DNA from: Terriglobia bacterium
GTDB lineage: Bacteria > Acidobacteriota > Terriglobia > 20CM-2-55-15
Reading direction: 5' to 3'
Length of the DNA stretch: 64,000 nucleotides
NCBI GenBank assembly: GCA_965218585.1
Contig: CBDCLE010000001.1
Location: 160,001-224,000 of the forward strand
In this document: piece by piece, positions 51,546 through 61,598 of the stretch
Numbering within the stretch: the stretch's first letter is position 1
How the letters are laid out: every line of letters begins with the position of its first letter
The notes under the pieces: model-generated
The model's input: the letters and a program-made list of their open reading frames with translations, nothing else
Told to the model about the DNA's origin: nothing
The model's database searches: none
Made by a program: the position numbers and the translations under genes

Positions 51546-51680
51546 ATCCTGACCACTTAAGGCCCTTTTTGTGAATACCTTATCGTCTTTCGTAGGACCT
51601 GATCCGTCCTATGTGTAGGATAATCATATGAGTCAAGAATTGGGTGTAGCGTCACGTACAATCGTTTTCGAGGAGGCCTA

Positions 51681-52385
51681 ATGCGATATCTTGCGACCGC
51701 CGCCTGTATAACACTGGTGATGGTCCTGCCTGCCAGCGCGCAGTTGGACGAGAAGGTTGCTGATCGTTTCTGGGAGTCGACGAAGATTCTGGAGGCGATT
51801 GTCAGTGCTCCGGATGGGGGTATTCCTCAAGACCTGTTGCGGCGATCTGAGTGTGTCGGAGTGATTCCGGCTGTGAAGCGTGCGGCTTTCGGATTTGGAG
51901 GCCGTTACGGCCGAGGGCTCGTTGTGTGTCGAACCGAGGGCGGTACCGGGCCGTGGGGGTCCCCGTCGATGCTGTCGGTGAGCGGAGGCAGCTTCGGATT
52001 CCAGATCGGGGGCCAGTCGACCGACGTTCTGATGTTGTTTGTGACGCCTGACAGCATTGATCATCTTCTCAGGGATCAGATAACGTTGGGAGCCGACGTG
52101 TCCGTCGCTGCCGGACCCAAGGGCCGTGCGGTTTCCGCCGAAACCAGCGCGACGTTTAGAGCGGAGATACTGACGTATGCCCGGAGTCGCGGTCTGTTCG
52201 CCGGTATTTCGCTCGAAGGCGCGGTCTTGAGGCCGGACAACGATGCGAACGAAAGCCTTTATGGCAGTAAAGTAGATCCCCGCGAACTCCTCATAGACGG
52301 CAACCTGTCGATTCCTGATCCTGCCCAGACGTTCATAGATACGTTGGCCGCGCTGGCGGCGCGTGAAGAACCCGCCAGCGAGTAA
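51681..52385 (+). CDS. Exported SYLF/Ysc84 lipid-binding domain protein
   Basis: Signal peptide, GGRYGRG, GGSFGFQIG and SRGLFAGISLEG. Confidence 0.9.
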   Translation: MRYLATAACITLVMVLPASAQLDEKVADRFWESTKILEAIVSAPDGGIPQDLLRRSECVGVIPAVKRAAFGFGGRYGRGLVVCRTEGGTGPWGSPSMLSVSGGSFGFQIGGQSTDVLMLFVTPDSIDHLLRDQITLGADVSVAAGPKGRAVSAETSATFRAEILTYARSRGLFAGISLEGAVLRPDNDANESLYGSKVDPRELLIDGNLSIPDPAQTFIDTLAALAAREEPASE

Positions 52386-52403
52386 CATCTCTCGCGACCT
52401 CCG

Positions 52404-52435
52404 GGGACGGCAGGCACGACCTGCCGTCCCTTTTT
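52404..52435 (+). terminator. Intrinsic terminator
   Basis: GGGACGGCAGG-CACGA-CCTGCCGTCCC followed by T5. Confidence 0.8.
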
Positions 52436-52502
52436 CTGCCATAATCGAAGAACGATGTTGCCGGTTGGAAAGCCGGTTTCCATGGAGCACCTGAGGGTGG
52501 AG

Positions 52503-53459
52503 ATGAACAACACACTCTACGACGAACTGGAGAGGGGCGCCCTTCTCTTCCAGCGAAACACGGGTCTGGTGGAAGTGAGGGGACCCGACCGCGTCAGTTG
52601 GCTCCAAGGGATGGTCTCCAACGATGTCGCGCGTCCGGGGAGCGGACAGGGTTGTTACGCCGCACACCTGAGTCCACAGGGAAAGGTCTTGTCGCAGATG
52701 GTGGTCCTGGCGAGAGAAGAAACGCTGTGGCTCGAGTTGGAGACCGACGATGTCGGCAGGGGTGTCGAGGAGTTGAACAAGCTGTTGATCATGGAAGATG
52801 CAGAAATCCTCGATCGATCGTCTCAATTCACGATTCTTTCCATGGTTGGAAACGGTGCACGCTCCCTCCTGGAAGACTTTGCCGATCAGAGTCTCGAACT
52901 TGGATCCCCGTACGCGCACCTCACGATGGGTTCGGTGGTCGTGGTTCGCGCCGAGTTGGGTTATGACCTGATCGTTCCCGCCCCCGAGGTGGGCGGACTC
53001 CGCAACACGTTCGTAGAGTCCGGGGCCGGGATCGCAGACAAGGATTTGTGGGACTGTATCCGGATCGAAGCCGGACTCGCTGCCTATGGCGCCGACGTTG
53101 ATGCCAGGACGACTTTACCCGAGTTGGGGGAGAAGGGGATCGATTACGAAAAGGGCTGCTACATCGGTCAGGAAGTTGTCGCCAAGATCAAATACATTGG
53201 GCACGTAAACCGCCGTCTCATCGGTTTGAAGTTTGAAGGAGAGAAGATCCCCGCCCCCGACGCGAAGGTTAGTAGCCAAGGCCGCGATTCGGGACGGATT
53301 ACCAGCAGTGTGTATTCGCCCCGGCTGCGGTCGGCGATCGCGCTGGGATATATCAGGCTCGGCGTGGACAAGCCGGGAACCGTTGTCGAAGTCGGTATTG
53401 AAGGAGACTCTCAGAAAGCAATCGTCACCGAACTCCCTTTCCTTTCTCACCAGTATTGA
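52503..53459 (+). CDS. ygfZ: Folate-binding YgfZ/GcvT family protein
   Basis: KGCYIGQE signature. Start uncertain (52482 or 52503). Confidence 0.88.
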   Translation: MNNTLYDELERGALLFQRNTGLVEVRGPDRVSWLQGMVSNDVARPGSGQGCYAAHLSPQGKVLSQMVVLAREETLWLELETDDVGRGVEELNKLLIMEDAEILDRSSQFTILSMVGNGARSLLEDFADQSLELGSPYAHLTMGSVVVVRAELGYDLIVPAPEVGGLRNTFVESGAGIADKDLWDCIRIEAGLAAYGADVDARTTLPELGEKGIDYEKGCYIGQEVVAKIKYIGHVNRRLIGLKFEGEKIPAPDAKVSSQGRDSGRITSSVYSPRLRSAIALGYIRLGVDKPGTVVEVGIEGDSQKAIVTELPFLSHQY

Positions 53460-53480
53460 TTAGTGCCGCAAACTCTTTCT

Positions 53481-53550
53481 GTAGGTGCGCTCTATGAGCG
53501 CACGAAACATAAGGAATCGTTTGCGCTGTGCGGTCATAGACCGCACCTAC
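53481..53550. repeat. Inverted REP doublet between convergent genes
   Basis: GTAG-GTGCGCTC-TAT-GAGCGCAC...GTGCGGTC-ATA-GACCGCAC-CTAC. Confidence 0.85.
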
Positions 53551-53552
53551 AG

Positions 53553-54506
53553 TTATGTCCGTGGATTGAACGTTGAGGACTTGGCGAGGTTTTCGAAGTG
53601 CTCCCGGTCGGATTCGCTGAGCTCTTTTGGGACGACGATCTTCAACCGAACGTAGTGGTCTCCCCGGCCGCCACCCCGCCGGTTAAGGCCCTGGCCCTTG
53701 AGGCGGATGCGTTGCCCGGAACTGACTCCGGCAGGTACTTTGATATCTGCGTTTCCGTCGAGAGTGGAGACTTCCATCGTCGTTCCAAGCGCGGCTTCCC
53801 AGGGCGCGATTGGGACTTCGATCTCTGTGTCATCTCCATCCACCAAAAACCGTGATCCGGGCTCCATCTTCAGACGAATGTAAAGATCGCCCCCATCGAC
53901 GCTACCTCCCGGCACGCGGATACGGCTGCCGTCCCGTGCGCCGGCAGGTATCCGGACGTCCACACTTTTCTGCTGGTTATTGACCCGCAGGTTCAGTTTT
54001 CGCGTCGTGCCTCGATGCATCTGATCGAGAGGCAGGCCCAGCTCAGTTTCTACCTGTTGGCGGTTTTGCCGGCGGCCTCGGGCGCGAGTGCCACCTCCAC
54101 TGCCACTCGCAGCCGGTCCTCCGCCCATCCTCCCAAAAATAGCTTCGAAGAAATCACTGAAACCGCCTCGGCTCGAACCGAACCCACCGCCTCTTCCGCC
54201 CAGAATGTCGCCGATATCGAAATCGGTCTGGAAACCGCCGCCCTGCCATCCGGGTGGAGGGGTAAAATCAGCCCCGGCCTTCCAATTGGGTCCAAGCTGG
54301 TCATAGCGTTGGCGCTTGCCCGAGTCGGCGAGGACTTCGTAGGCTTCCTGGATTTCTTTGAACTTTTCCTCGGCGGCCTTGTCGTTGGGGTTGACATCGG
54401 GGTGATACTTGCGCGCAAGCTTCCTGTACGCCTTCTTGATCTCTTCCGCGCTAGAGGTTCGTCCGACTCCGAGCGTTTCGTAATAATCCTTAAACTTAAG
54501 GGCCAT
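53553..54506 (-). CDS. Class B DnaJ/CbpA-like co-chaperone
   Basis: KDYY...HPD J-domain, G/F region, no Zn finger, and PWEAALG. Confidence 0.9.
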   Translation of the reverse strand: MALKFKDYYETLGVGRTSSAEEIKKAYRKLARKYHPDVNPNDKAAEEKFKEIQEAYEVLADSGKRQRYDQLGPNWKAGADFTPPPGWQGGGFQTDFDIGDILGGRGGGFGSSRGGFSDFFEAIFGRMGGGPAASGSGGGTRARGRRQNRQQVETELGLPLDQMHRGTTRKLNLRVNNQQKSVDVRIPAGARDGSRIRVPGGSVDGGDLYIRLKMEPGSRFLVDGDDTEIEVPIAPWEAALGTTMEVSTLDGNADIKVPAGVSSGQRIRLKGQGLNRRGGGRGDHYVRLKIVVPKELSESDREHFENLAKSSTFNPRT

Positions 54507-54568
54507 CGCATACTGTTATATAGCTCGGGTAGGGTGAATTCCAGTATCAGAGGAGGAAACGGGAATTT

Positions 54569-55390
54569 TCAGATCGAGACTTCGAGGCCTTCACGGGCCG
54601 CGATCACATCGGGATGGAGCCTGGAAGCTTCCTCGCGGATGGAGGCGATGACGCTGTCATCGTGGTAAGGGTCGTGGTGGAACAAGACGATTTTCTTGGC
54701 GTTGGCGGCGACGCCGCTTTCGACTGATTGCTTCCATGTGCTGTGTCCCCAACCCTCATGATCGGGGTACTCTTCCGGAGTGTACTGGGCGTCTACGATG
54801 AGGCAATCCGCATCCTGAGCCAGATCCCTGAAGTTGTTTTCGCTCCACTCCGGACCGCGTTCCACATCCGTGCAATAGGAAATAACCTTATCGCCCTGCG
54901 TAATTCGGTATCCGACACAGCCCTGCGGATGGTTCAATTTCTTCACGAGGATCGTCGTGTCTGCGACACGGAAAGTTCCTTCCACCAGATCGATATAGTC
55001 ACGGATGCATGGCAGCTTGGACATGTCGACAGGGAAGTAGGGATTCGCCATGATCCCGGCTAACGCGTCCATCACAAGGTTTGCGTCGCGTCGCCCGGCA
55101 AAGTAGAAGGTGAAATGATTTTCCTCCTCATAGAGTGGTGTGAAGAAGGGAAGACCCTGAATGTGATCGATATGGAAGTGACTGAAGAACACGTGAGCCC
55201 GAATGCGCGAACCGTCGAATTCCTTTTCGAGTTCTTTACCCAACAATCGGATGCCGGTGCCTCCGTCAAAGATCAGAATTTCGTTGCCGTCGGTCCGTAC
55301 TTCGACACAGGAGGTATTCCCGCCATATTCCAGGTTGTCTCGCTGTGGAGTCGGCGTGGAGCCGCGAACTCCCCAGAATCGAACGCGCAT
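54569..55390 (-). CDS. MBL-fold metallohydrolase (phosphodiesterase-like)
   Basis: WGVRGS, GGNTSC, HFHIDH, GWGHS and FHHDP. Confidence 0.9.
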   Translation of the reverse strand: MRVRFWGVRGSTPTPQRDNLEYGGNTSCVEVRTDGNEILIFDGGTGIRLLGKELEKEFDGSRIRAHVFFSHFHIDHIQGLPFFTPLYEEENHFTFYFAGRRDANLVMDALAGIMANPYFPVDMSKLPCIRDYIDLVEGTFRVADTTILVKKLNHPQGCVGYRITQGDKVISYCTDVERGPEWSENNFRDLAQDADCLIVDAQYTPEEYPDHEGWGHSTWKQSVESGVAANAKKIVLFHHDPYHDDSVIASIREEASRLHPDVIAAREGLEVSI

Positions 55391-55514
55391 GAAGCGCTCC
55401 CCTCCTCAAGAAGCGGCAGTATATAGCAGGCCGCGGTAAAACACACCCGAACAGATTACTTTTCCGATGGGTCGGAGCTTAGGCCGACGTTTCATTTTCA
55501 ATGATGCCTAAAGG

Positions 55515-56669
55515 TCATATTTCGAGCAACTTCGGAAAGCGAACCAGGTTCTTGCATTGTGCCTCGCCGACGACAACGACGTCTTCCAGACGCACACCGC
55601 CCATTCCCGAGTAGTAGAGCCCCGGTTCGACGGTGACCACCTGATTTTTTCGAAACCTGTTGCGTGCCCTCAGACCAAAGAAAGGCGCCTCGTGGATGTC
55701 GAGACCAAGGCCGTGTCCCGTACCGTGAAAGAAGCCCTGCATCCGACCATCCTGGAGCCCGGTCTGAAATCCACGGCTCCGGAAATAGCTGAGGATGTCC
55801 TGGTGGATCTTGTAGGCGCTGCTGCGGGAACGGATGTTTCTGAATCCGATCTTCTGAGCTTCGGCGACTGCGTGGTAGGCCTGCTTCAGCCGTTCTGAGG
55901 CCCGCCCGCGAACAACGGTGCGCGTCATATCTCCGAAGTAGCCTGTTTTTTGCGATCTTGGGAAGATGTCGATGATGACGGACGTGTGTGCGCGAATCGG
56001 TCCGCTGCCTTCGTTGTGAGGGTCCACGGCATGATCCCCGGAAGACACGATCGTATGGCTTGGAACCCATCCCCGCTCCATGATTGTCGTGTTGATGATG
56101 GCTTTCAATATTTCCGACGTCAGTCGTGTGCCGTCCAGGTTCAGATAGCCGTTTCTCAAAATGTTTGCTCTCCGGAGTGCGGCGATTCCCGCTTCCATGC
56201 CGGCTTCGGCAACACGCAGCGAGTTGCGGATGTGACCGATCTCCTCCTGCGTTTTTATCTCCCGCTGGCTCCAGAACGTTCCGTCTTCCACTCTAAGAGA
56301 AATGCCCAACCCTCGCAGCTCGTCCGCCAGCGAAATGGGGAAGTTCCAGGGGACGCGCACTTTCTTGATCCTGAAGTCTCGGAAGACTTCATCGAGAAGC
56401 TGTCCTGTTGAGGGGAATGTAATGCCCCGTGAACTCAATCTTTCGACGTACTCACTCTGGGCGAGTACGTGATCCACGGTGGCCTGTTCCCGTGCCCGGT
56501 CTAACTCTAGATCGCTCATTACGACGTATCGCCGTCCGTTCTTTGTGAAGAATATGAACGGGTCGGGGGTGAACATTCGAGTGGCCCAGAGGAGGTTGGC
56601 GTCCGTGTCGCTGGCGGCGACGATCAGTCGCGCGTCAGTGGGCCGTGATGCCGTGGTATATTGAGCCAT
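55515..56669 (-). CDS. M24 Xaa-Pro aminopeptidase
   Basis: IDIFP, GDMTRT, HGTGHGLGLDIHEAP, TVEPGLY and VRLED. Confidence 0.9.
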   Translation of the reverse strand: MAQYTTASRPTDARLIVAASDTDANLLWATRMFTPDPFIFFTKNGRRYVVMSDLELDRAREQATVDHVLAQSEYVERLSSRGITFPSTGQLLDEVFRDFRIKKVRVPWNFPISLADELRGLGISLRVEDGTFWSQREIKTQEEIGHIRNSLRVAEAGMEAGIAALRRANILRNGYLNLDGTRLTSEILKAIINTTIMERGWVPSHTIVSSGDHAVDPHNEGSGPIRAHTSVIIDIFPRSQKTGYFGDMTRTVVRGRASERLKQAYHAVAEAQKIGFRNIRSRSSAYKIHQDILSYFRSRGFQTGLQDGRMQGFFHGTGHGLGLDIHEAPFFGLRARNRFRKNQVVTVEPGLYYSGMGGVRLEDVVVVGEAQCKNLVRFPKLLEI

Positions 56670-56672
56670 ATC

Positions 56673-57398
56673 ATGTCGAAAACAGCGGGAATCGTTGTCA
56701 TCGGGAACGAGATCCTGTCTGGCCGAACCCGGGACGAAAACGCTGCTTATTTTCTAAAAGAGCTCCGCAGTCTGGGCGTCGACGTGCGCAGGGTGTCGGT
56801 GATCCCAGACGAACTCCCGGCTATCCGGGACGAAATCCGAAGCGCCTCCATACAGTTCGATTATGTTTTCAGTTCGGGCGGCGTCGGCCCGACGCACGAC
56901 GACGTTACCATCGCGGGTATTGCCGCAGCGTTCGAACGGGGTATCTGCCGAAGTCCCGAACTGGAAACGACACTCCGGGGATACTATCAGGAGAACTTGA
57001 CCGACGCTATGCTGCGGATGGCCAACGTTCCTGAAGGCTTTTCGCTCGTACAGGACAACAGGATGTGGTTTCCGGTGATCCTCGTAGAGAACGTCTATAT
57101 CTTTCCCGGCGTGCCCGAGATCCTGGCTTCCAAGTTCGAACACATCAAGGAAATCTTTCGTGAGGATCCCTACTTTACCGAGGATATGTTTCTGACTGTG
57201 GAGGAAGGCCATATCGCCGACGTTTTGCACGAAGTCCTGGAGAGGTTTCCCGACCTGCTCCTGGGTTCCTATCCCACGTTCACCAATCCGAACTACAGTG
57301 TCAAACTCACGCTGGAGTCCAAGAGTCAGGACTACCTCGACGGTGCCCGCCAATTTCTCGTCGAGCGCCTGGGGGCACGTTCCATTGTTCCGCTCTGA
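56673..57398 (+). CDS. CinA N-terminal/molybdopterin-binding domain protein
   Basis: IGNEILSG, GGVGPTHDDVT and PGVP. Confidence 0.9.
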   Translation: MSKTAGIVVIGNEILSGRTRDENAAYFLKELRSLGVDVRRVSVIPDELPAIRDEIRSASIQFDYVFSSGGVGPTHDDVTIAGIAAAFERGICRSPELETTLRGYYQENLTDAMLRMANVPEGFSLVQDNRMWFPVILVENVYIFPGVPEILASKFEHIKEIFREDPYFTEDMFLTVEEGHIADVLHEVLERFPDLLLGSYPTFTNPNYSVKLTLESKSQDYLDGARQFLVERLGARSIVPL

Positions 57399-57456
57399 TT
57401 CGAACTCTCAGTTTTCGACTATTTTCGGATCGGGATGACGGTCCCGTCATGGAAGA

Positions 57457-58368
57457 CTAATCAAAAAGCCCCGGTTGGTCGTAACGCAAGGGTATATCGT
57501 CGACGAGGGAGTCGAAGCCCAACTCCTGGCACAGGGAGATGACCGCGTCGGGGCTACCTTTCCGATAACGGAGGCTATCGGGTGTGATGTCGACGTCGAC
57601 GTCGCACCGTATGCGGGCCAACTCACGGCTTGTTCGAACCGTATCCATGTTTTCGCGAATGCGTTTGAGTATGACGTCCCTTCCGCGAATGGACAGATGA
57701 TCCAAGTCTGCTTCCGGGATGTCTTCGACCGTGCGGCAGACGGACAGGAGTTTCCCGGCAGTCTTGCCTCCGACGCCCTGGATTCCGGGAATGTTATCCA
57801 CCGAGTCTCCGAGCAGTGCTAAGAGATCCGGAACCTGTGACGGCTCGACACCAAGTTTTGTCTTTACGGCGGCTGCATCCAGCCAGGAGTTCTTGGCGAG
57901 ATCGTAAATCCGGATACGGTCGTCGACCAGTTGGGCCAGGTCCTTGTCACCGGAAACAATAACCACAGGGTGACCCGCCTCTGCCATGCGGACTGCGATG
58001 GAACCGATCACGTCATCTGCTTCGTAAGTTTCGACCTCGAAAGCCGGTATACCCACGGCCTCTGTGACACGTCGGCAATACCCGAACTGAACCTTTAGAT
58101 CGTCGGGTGGGGCGGTACGGTTCGCCTTGTAATCTGCGAACATCTGACGTCGGAAGGAATGAGCGCCTTCGAAGGCTGCGGCCATATACGGCGGCCCTTG
58201 TTCCCGAATGATTCGGAGAAGTGTTCGCAGATATCCCAGCACCGCGTTGGTCTTCATCCCGGAAGGGGCGATGATACTGTCCGGCATGCCATAGTACGCC
58301 CTGAAGATATAGTTCATCGCGTCGATCAGGAATACGGGCCGCGAGTTCAGGGGTTGGGCTTCGGACAT
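57457..58368 (-). CDS. Stand-alone 5'-3' exonuclease/flap endonuclease
   Basis: LIDA..YIFRAYY, YKANR, EADDVI, SGDKD and GDSVDNIPG. No polymerase domain. Confidence 0.9.
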   Translation of the reverse strand: MSEAQPLNSRPVFLIDAMNYIFRAYYGMPDSIIAPSGMKTNAVLGYLRTLLRIIREQGPPYMAAAFEGAHSFRRQMFADYKANRTAPPDDLKVQFGYCRRVTEAVGIPAFEVETYEADDVIGSIAVRMAEAGHPVVIVSGDKDLAQLVDDRIRIYDLAKNSWLDAAAVKTKLGVEPSQVPDLLALLGDSVDNIPGIQGVGGKTAGKLLSVCRTVEDIPEADLDHLSIRGRDVILKRIRENMDTVRTSRELARIRCDVDVDITPDSLRYRKGSPDAVISLCQELGFDSLVDDIPLRYDQPGLFD

Positions 58369-58388
58369 TGATCCAAATGGGTTGGCGG

Positions 58389-58763
58389 TTATTTGATCGG
58401 CGTGGGCTTGCCTTCGTCATCCACCGCGACATACACAACCCGCGCCGACGTAACCTTGACAGTTTCATGGTGCCCCGCGGGGCCGGTGCGCTCTGCTTCG
58501 ACTTCCACTTCGATTGTGACGGACGTCTTTCCCGTTTTTACGGTCCGTGTATAAAACGTGACGGTGTCGCCGAGGAAGACAGGAGAGACGAACTCGACGT
58601 TTTCCATCAGCTTCGTCACGAATCTCTGTGCACTATGCCTGCGTGCTTCATTGCTCCCGGCAAGATCGAGATGGCTCAGGATGACGCCACCAAAGATCGT
58701 CCCCATCTGGTTTGTATCCTTGGGGAGCATGACCACGCGGATTGCTACGTTATATCCGTCCAA
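58389..58763 (-). CDS. Hotdog acyl-CoA thioesterase (YciA-like)
   Basis: [15 protein letters not shown]...D and YVAVD. Confidence 0.88.
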   Translation of the reverse strand: MDGYNVAIRVVMLPKDTNQMGTIFGGVILSHLDLAGSNEARRHSAQRFVTKLMENVEFVSPVFLGDTVTFYTRTVKTGKTSVTIEVEVEAERTGPAGHHETVKVTSARVVYVAVDDEGKPTPIK

Positions 58764-58799
58764 TTCAGCACCTGTTTCGGGAAGATTCCAGTAGATTTC

Positions 58800-59215
58800 T
58801 CATTCCACTATCCGTGCATCCACGACGCGTAGTGTGCCCGTTACGGCTCCGTCACGCGGCAGGGCATCACGGCTGCCCACATCATGTTCTTCTCCGGGTC
58901 CCAATCTCTGGTCGATCACGATCTGGTCTACCTCGGTTGTTTCTCCGAGCTCATCTATATACGTCGCTTCGACAAGGATCCGGTCATAAGTCGTCGCCCG
59001 GCTCTGGTTTCGAAAACTCACAAACCACAGAGGCCGTTCTCCATCGGGTGCGGGCTGAAACTGCTTTTTGTGATGGCGATCTCATTGGAAGCGTCGGGGT
59101 CGCTGAACCAGTTTTGAACAGAGTCTCCGTAGGAGCGATAGCCGAGGACGAGGGCAATAAGGATGAAGGCGACACGGCGTCCGACAACCCAGTATCGCGA
59201 TTTGAGAAAATCCAC
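58800..59215 (-). CDS. Membrane-anchored hypothetical protein split by a probable single-base frameshift near 59050-59060
   Basis: ORF 59018-59215 (TM) continues into PAPDGERPLWFVSFRNQS... (frame of 58800-59021) if one base is added. The joined gene fills the gap between htrA and the thioesterase. Confidence 0.6.
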
Positions 59216-59219
59216 CCGG

Positions 59220-60440
59220 TTATCCCGGTTCTTCCTGAAGCGTCAGCCCCAGCGTGGTTCGTTGACCGTTTCTGAGGACGACGACCTCGACCCGTTCTCC
59301 CGGTTGGCGCGGTTCCAGAATCGTGTTGACGTCGTTCATCGAGGTGACGTTGCGTCCCTCGATTGAGACGACGACATCGCCTCCGGTAGGTACGAGATAG
59401 TTTCCTACACGGACTCTCTCTCTGGCGCCACGTAGATCGCTCGCTGCCGCGGGGCTGCCTGCCAATACGGTGGTTACCAGTACACCCGAAACGGTTTCCA
59501 ACCCCAGGGCTTCGGAGAGTCCCCTGAAGTCGGACAGGTTGATTCCCTGGAAGCCGATGTAAACCCGCCGCACGCGCCCGTAAGTGATCAGATCGTTGGT
59601 GACGCGGTTCACCGTTTCCACAGGAACCGCAAACCCGATGCCCACGCTTCCGGTGTTTGACGGAGAAACGATGGCCGTATTGATTCCGATGACATTGCCT
59701 TCTGCGTTGAGGAGAGGCCCACCAGAGTTGCCCGGGTTGATCGCAGCATCAGTCTGTATGATCCCCTCGATGACGCGGCCATTGGTGGCCTGTATCGACC
59801 GGCCCAGCGAACTGATGATTCCCGTCGTCAATGTTCCCTCCAGTCCGAACGGGTTGCCGATCGCCAGTACCTTCTGGCCTACGCGCAAGGCTTCGGAGGA
59901 GCCGAAGGGGATTGGTATCCATTGAACGTCTTCTGAATCGACCTTTATGACTGCCAGGTCGTTGTTAGGATCGACGCCGACGATTCGGGCGGGATGTCGG
60001 CCGAGGTCCGATAAGGTGACCTCCAGCTGCTGGGCGTTTTCGATGACGTGATAATTGGTGACGATGTGTCCCTGGTTGTCGATAACGACACCGGAGCCTG
60101 ATCCGGACTCGGGAATAGGTCGCAGGAAGAAGTCGTAACTGACCGTCGTCGAAGTGATGTTGACGACGCCGCGGCTTCGGTTCCGGTAAATATCGATGTT
60201 GTTGAGTTCGTCCGTCGTCAGGTCGCTGGCCGTTGGCTGTGGTAGTGGGGCGGGAGCCGGCGCTGGTTCCGTGTCACGCACGGAAATCGGTGCAGGTTCG
60301 ATGATCGTCAAATCGGCGGGTTGAGTGTCGTTAGCTGCGGTGTTGACCGGGGCGGGCTGGCGGCGCGATTCAAGGGCGACATAGACCACCGCTGCGGTGA
60401 TGATAGCCGTCAGAAAAGCGACTCTGATCGTGGATTGCAT
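59220..60440 (-). CDS. HtrA/DegP family serine protease with PDZ
   Basis: GSGSG, TNYHV, DLAV, QTDAAINPGNSGGPL and a C-terminal PDZ. Confidence 0.93.
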   Translation of the reverse strand: MQSTIRVAFLTAIITAAVVYVALESRRQPAPVNTAANDTQPADLTIIEPAPISVRDTEPAPAPAPLPQPTASDLTTDELNNIDIYRNRSRGVVNITSTTVSYDFFLRPIPESGSGSGVVIDNQGHIVTNYHVIENAQQLEVTLSDLGRHPARIVGVDPNNDLAVIKVDSEDVQWIPIPFGSSEALRVGQKVLAIGNPFGLEGTLTTGIISSLGRSIQATNGRVIEGIIQTDAAINPGNSGGPLLNAEGNVIGINTAIVSPSNTGSVGIGFAVPVETVNRVTNDLITYGRVRRVYIGFQGINLSDFRGLSEALGLETVSGVLVTTVLAGSPAAASDLRGARERVRVGNYLVPTGGDVVVSIEGRNVTSMNDVNTILEPRQPGERVEVVVLRNGQRTTLGLTLQEEPG

Positions 60441-60471
60441 TCTGCTTCCGATCGTTTAACGTTCAGAGTAA

Positions 60472-61428
60472 TTATGCCGCATGCAACTCGACAATGTCAC
60501 CGTCATCGAGTATGAAGTCGCGGGCGACCACAAGGCCATCGGTTTTATCTTTGCTCCATACCTTGGCGAACTTGAGAGTTTCGGCCAGTTCCCGGTGGAC
60601 GACCCCGGCCAGGTCGAGGACTGTGCTGCCCCGTGCGATGACAAACGGGTCCCTCCGTTCGGCCTTTTTGCCGGGTGCCTTGGTGTAGACACGCACGAGG
60701 TCGAGAAACTCGTAAACTCTTCGGCTGATGTCCTCGACATGATTCTCCTGATCCTGAACGCTGGAGAATCTTATGAACTCGAACCGATCTCCGTACACCT
60801 CTTTCAAGATCTCTTCACGATCATCTGCGCCCCCCGCTTCGGCCTTGTTGCCTACGATCAGTGTCTTTCTTGCCCCGAGTTCGATTTTCGCGGTGCGGAG
60901 TATTTCCAGTGTCGTTTCCATGTGATCGAGAACGGCATCGTCGGAGAGGTCCACGACCCAGAGAACGGCGTCCGCGTTGCGAATGATCTGGGGTACCCAT
61001 GATTCCAGGTGGTCAGCGGACACTGGTGGCAGATCCACGAGCTGGAGTTGAACTTCCTCGAACGTGAGCATTCCGGGGATCGGTGCGCGGGTCGTGAAAG
61101 GATAGTCGGCGATCTCAGGTGTCGCATGTGTGAGGGCAGCGAGCAGGCTGCTCTTTCCAGCGTTGGGTGCCCCGACCAGCGCCAGTTGCCGTGCACCCTG
61201 TCGGTCCAGGTGGAACGGGTCCTTCCGTACGGCCGATTTCTTCTGCGTCGATTCCTTCCGGAGTGCGGAGAGTTTTTTCTTGAGGTCCGCCCGGAGTTTT
61301 TCCGTCCCTTTATGTTTCGGAATGATCGCCATCATTTCCTGAAGCGCGGTCACCTTTTCCTTGGGTGTTTCGGCAGCCTTGAACCGCTTCTCTGCTTCCA
61401 GGTATTGCGGAGTCAAATTGGCGGGCAT
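60472..61428 (-). CDS. DRG/OBG-family GTPase with TGS domain
   Basis: MPANL...[34 protein letters not shown] and TGS C-terminus (DGDIVELH). Confidence 0.88.
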   Translation of the reverse strand: MPANLTPQYLEAEKRFKAAETPKEKVTALQEMMAIIPKHKGTEKLRADLKKKLSALRKESTQKKSAVRKDPFHLDRQGARQLALVGAPNAGKSSLLAALTHATPEIADYPFTTRAPIPGMLTFEEVQLQLVDLPPVSADHLESWVPQIIRNADAVLWVVDLSDDAVLDHMETTLEILRTAKIELGARKTLIVGNKAEAGGADDREEILKEVYGDRFEFIRFSSVQDQENHVEDISRRVYEFLDLVRVYTKAPGKKAERRDPFVIARGSTVLDLAGVVHRELAETLKFAKVWSKDKTDGLVVARDFILDDGDIVELHAA

Positions 61429-61477
61429 GTCGCTAAGAATAGCAAAGCCGGGCTGAGACATGAAGGGAGGGAAGTCT

Positions 61478-61586
61478 GTAGTAATTCGGATTAATTCGGG
61501 GACAGTGAGCAAATTCAATCCAGCCGGACATCGATAAATTGCGAACTGTTTAATCGCTCACTGTCCCCGAATTAATTTCGAACTAC
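61478..61586. repeat. 21-bp perfect inverted repeat (GGGGACAG type) with GTAG/CTAC outer ends
   Basis: ATTAATTCGGGGACAGTGAGC (61490-61510) / GCTCACTGTCCCCGAATTAAT (61556-61576). Confidence 0.8.
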
Positions 61587-61598
61587 ACTCTGATTAGA

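Noticed and set aside
1400-52919. Long antisense ORFs (e.g. 1400-2515, 3832-5007, 9442-10599, 51678-52919)
   Set aside because: They are shadows of well-supported opposite-strand genes in GC-rich DNA and carry no motifs.
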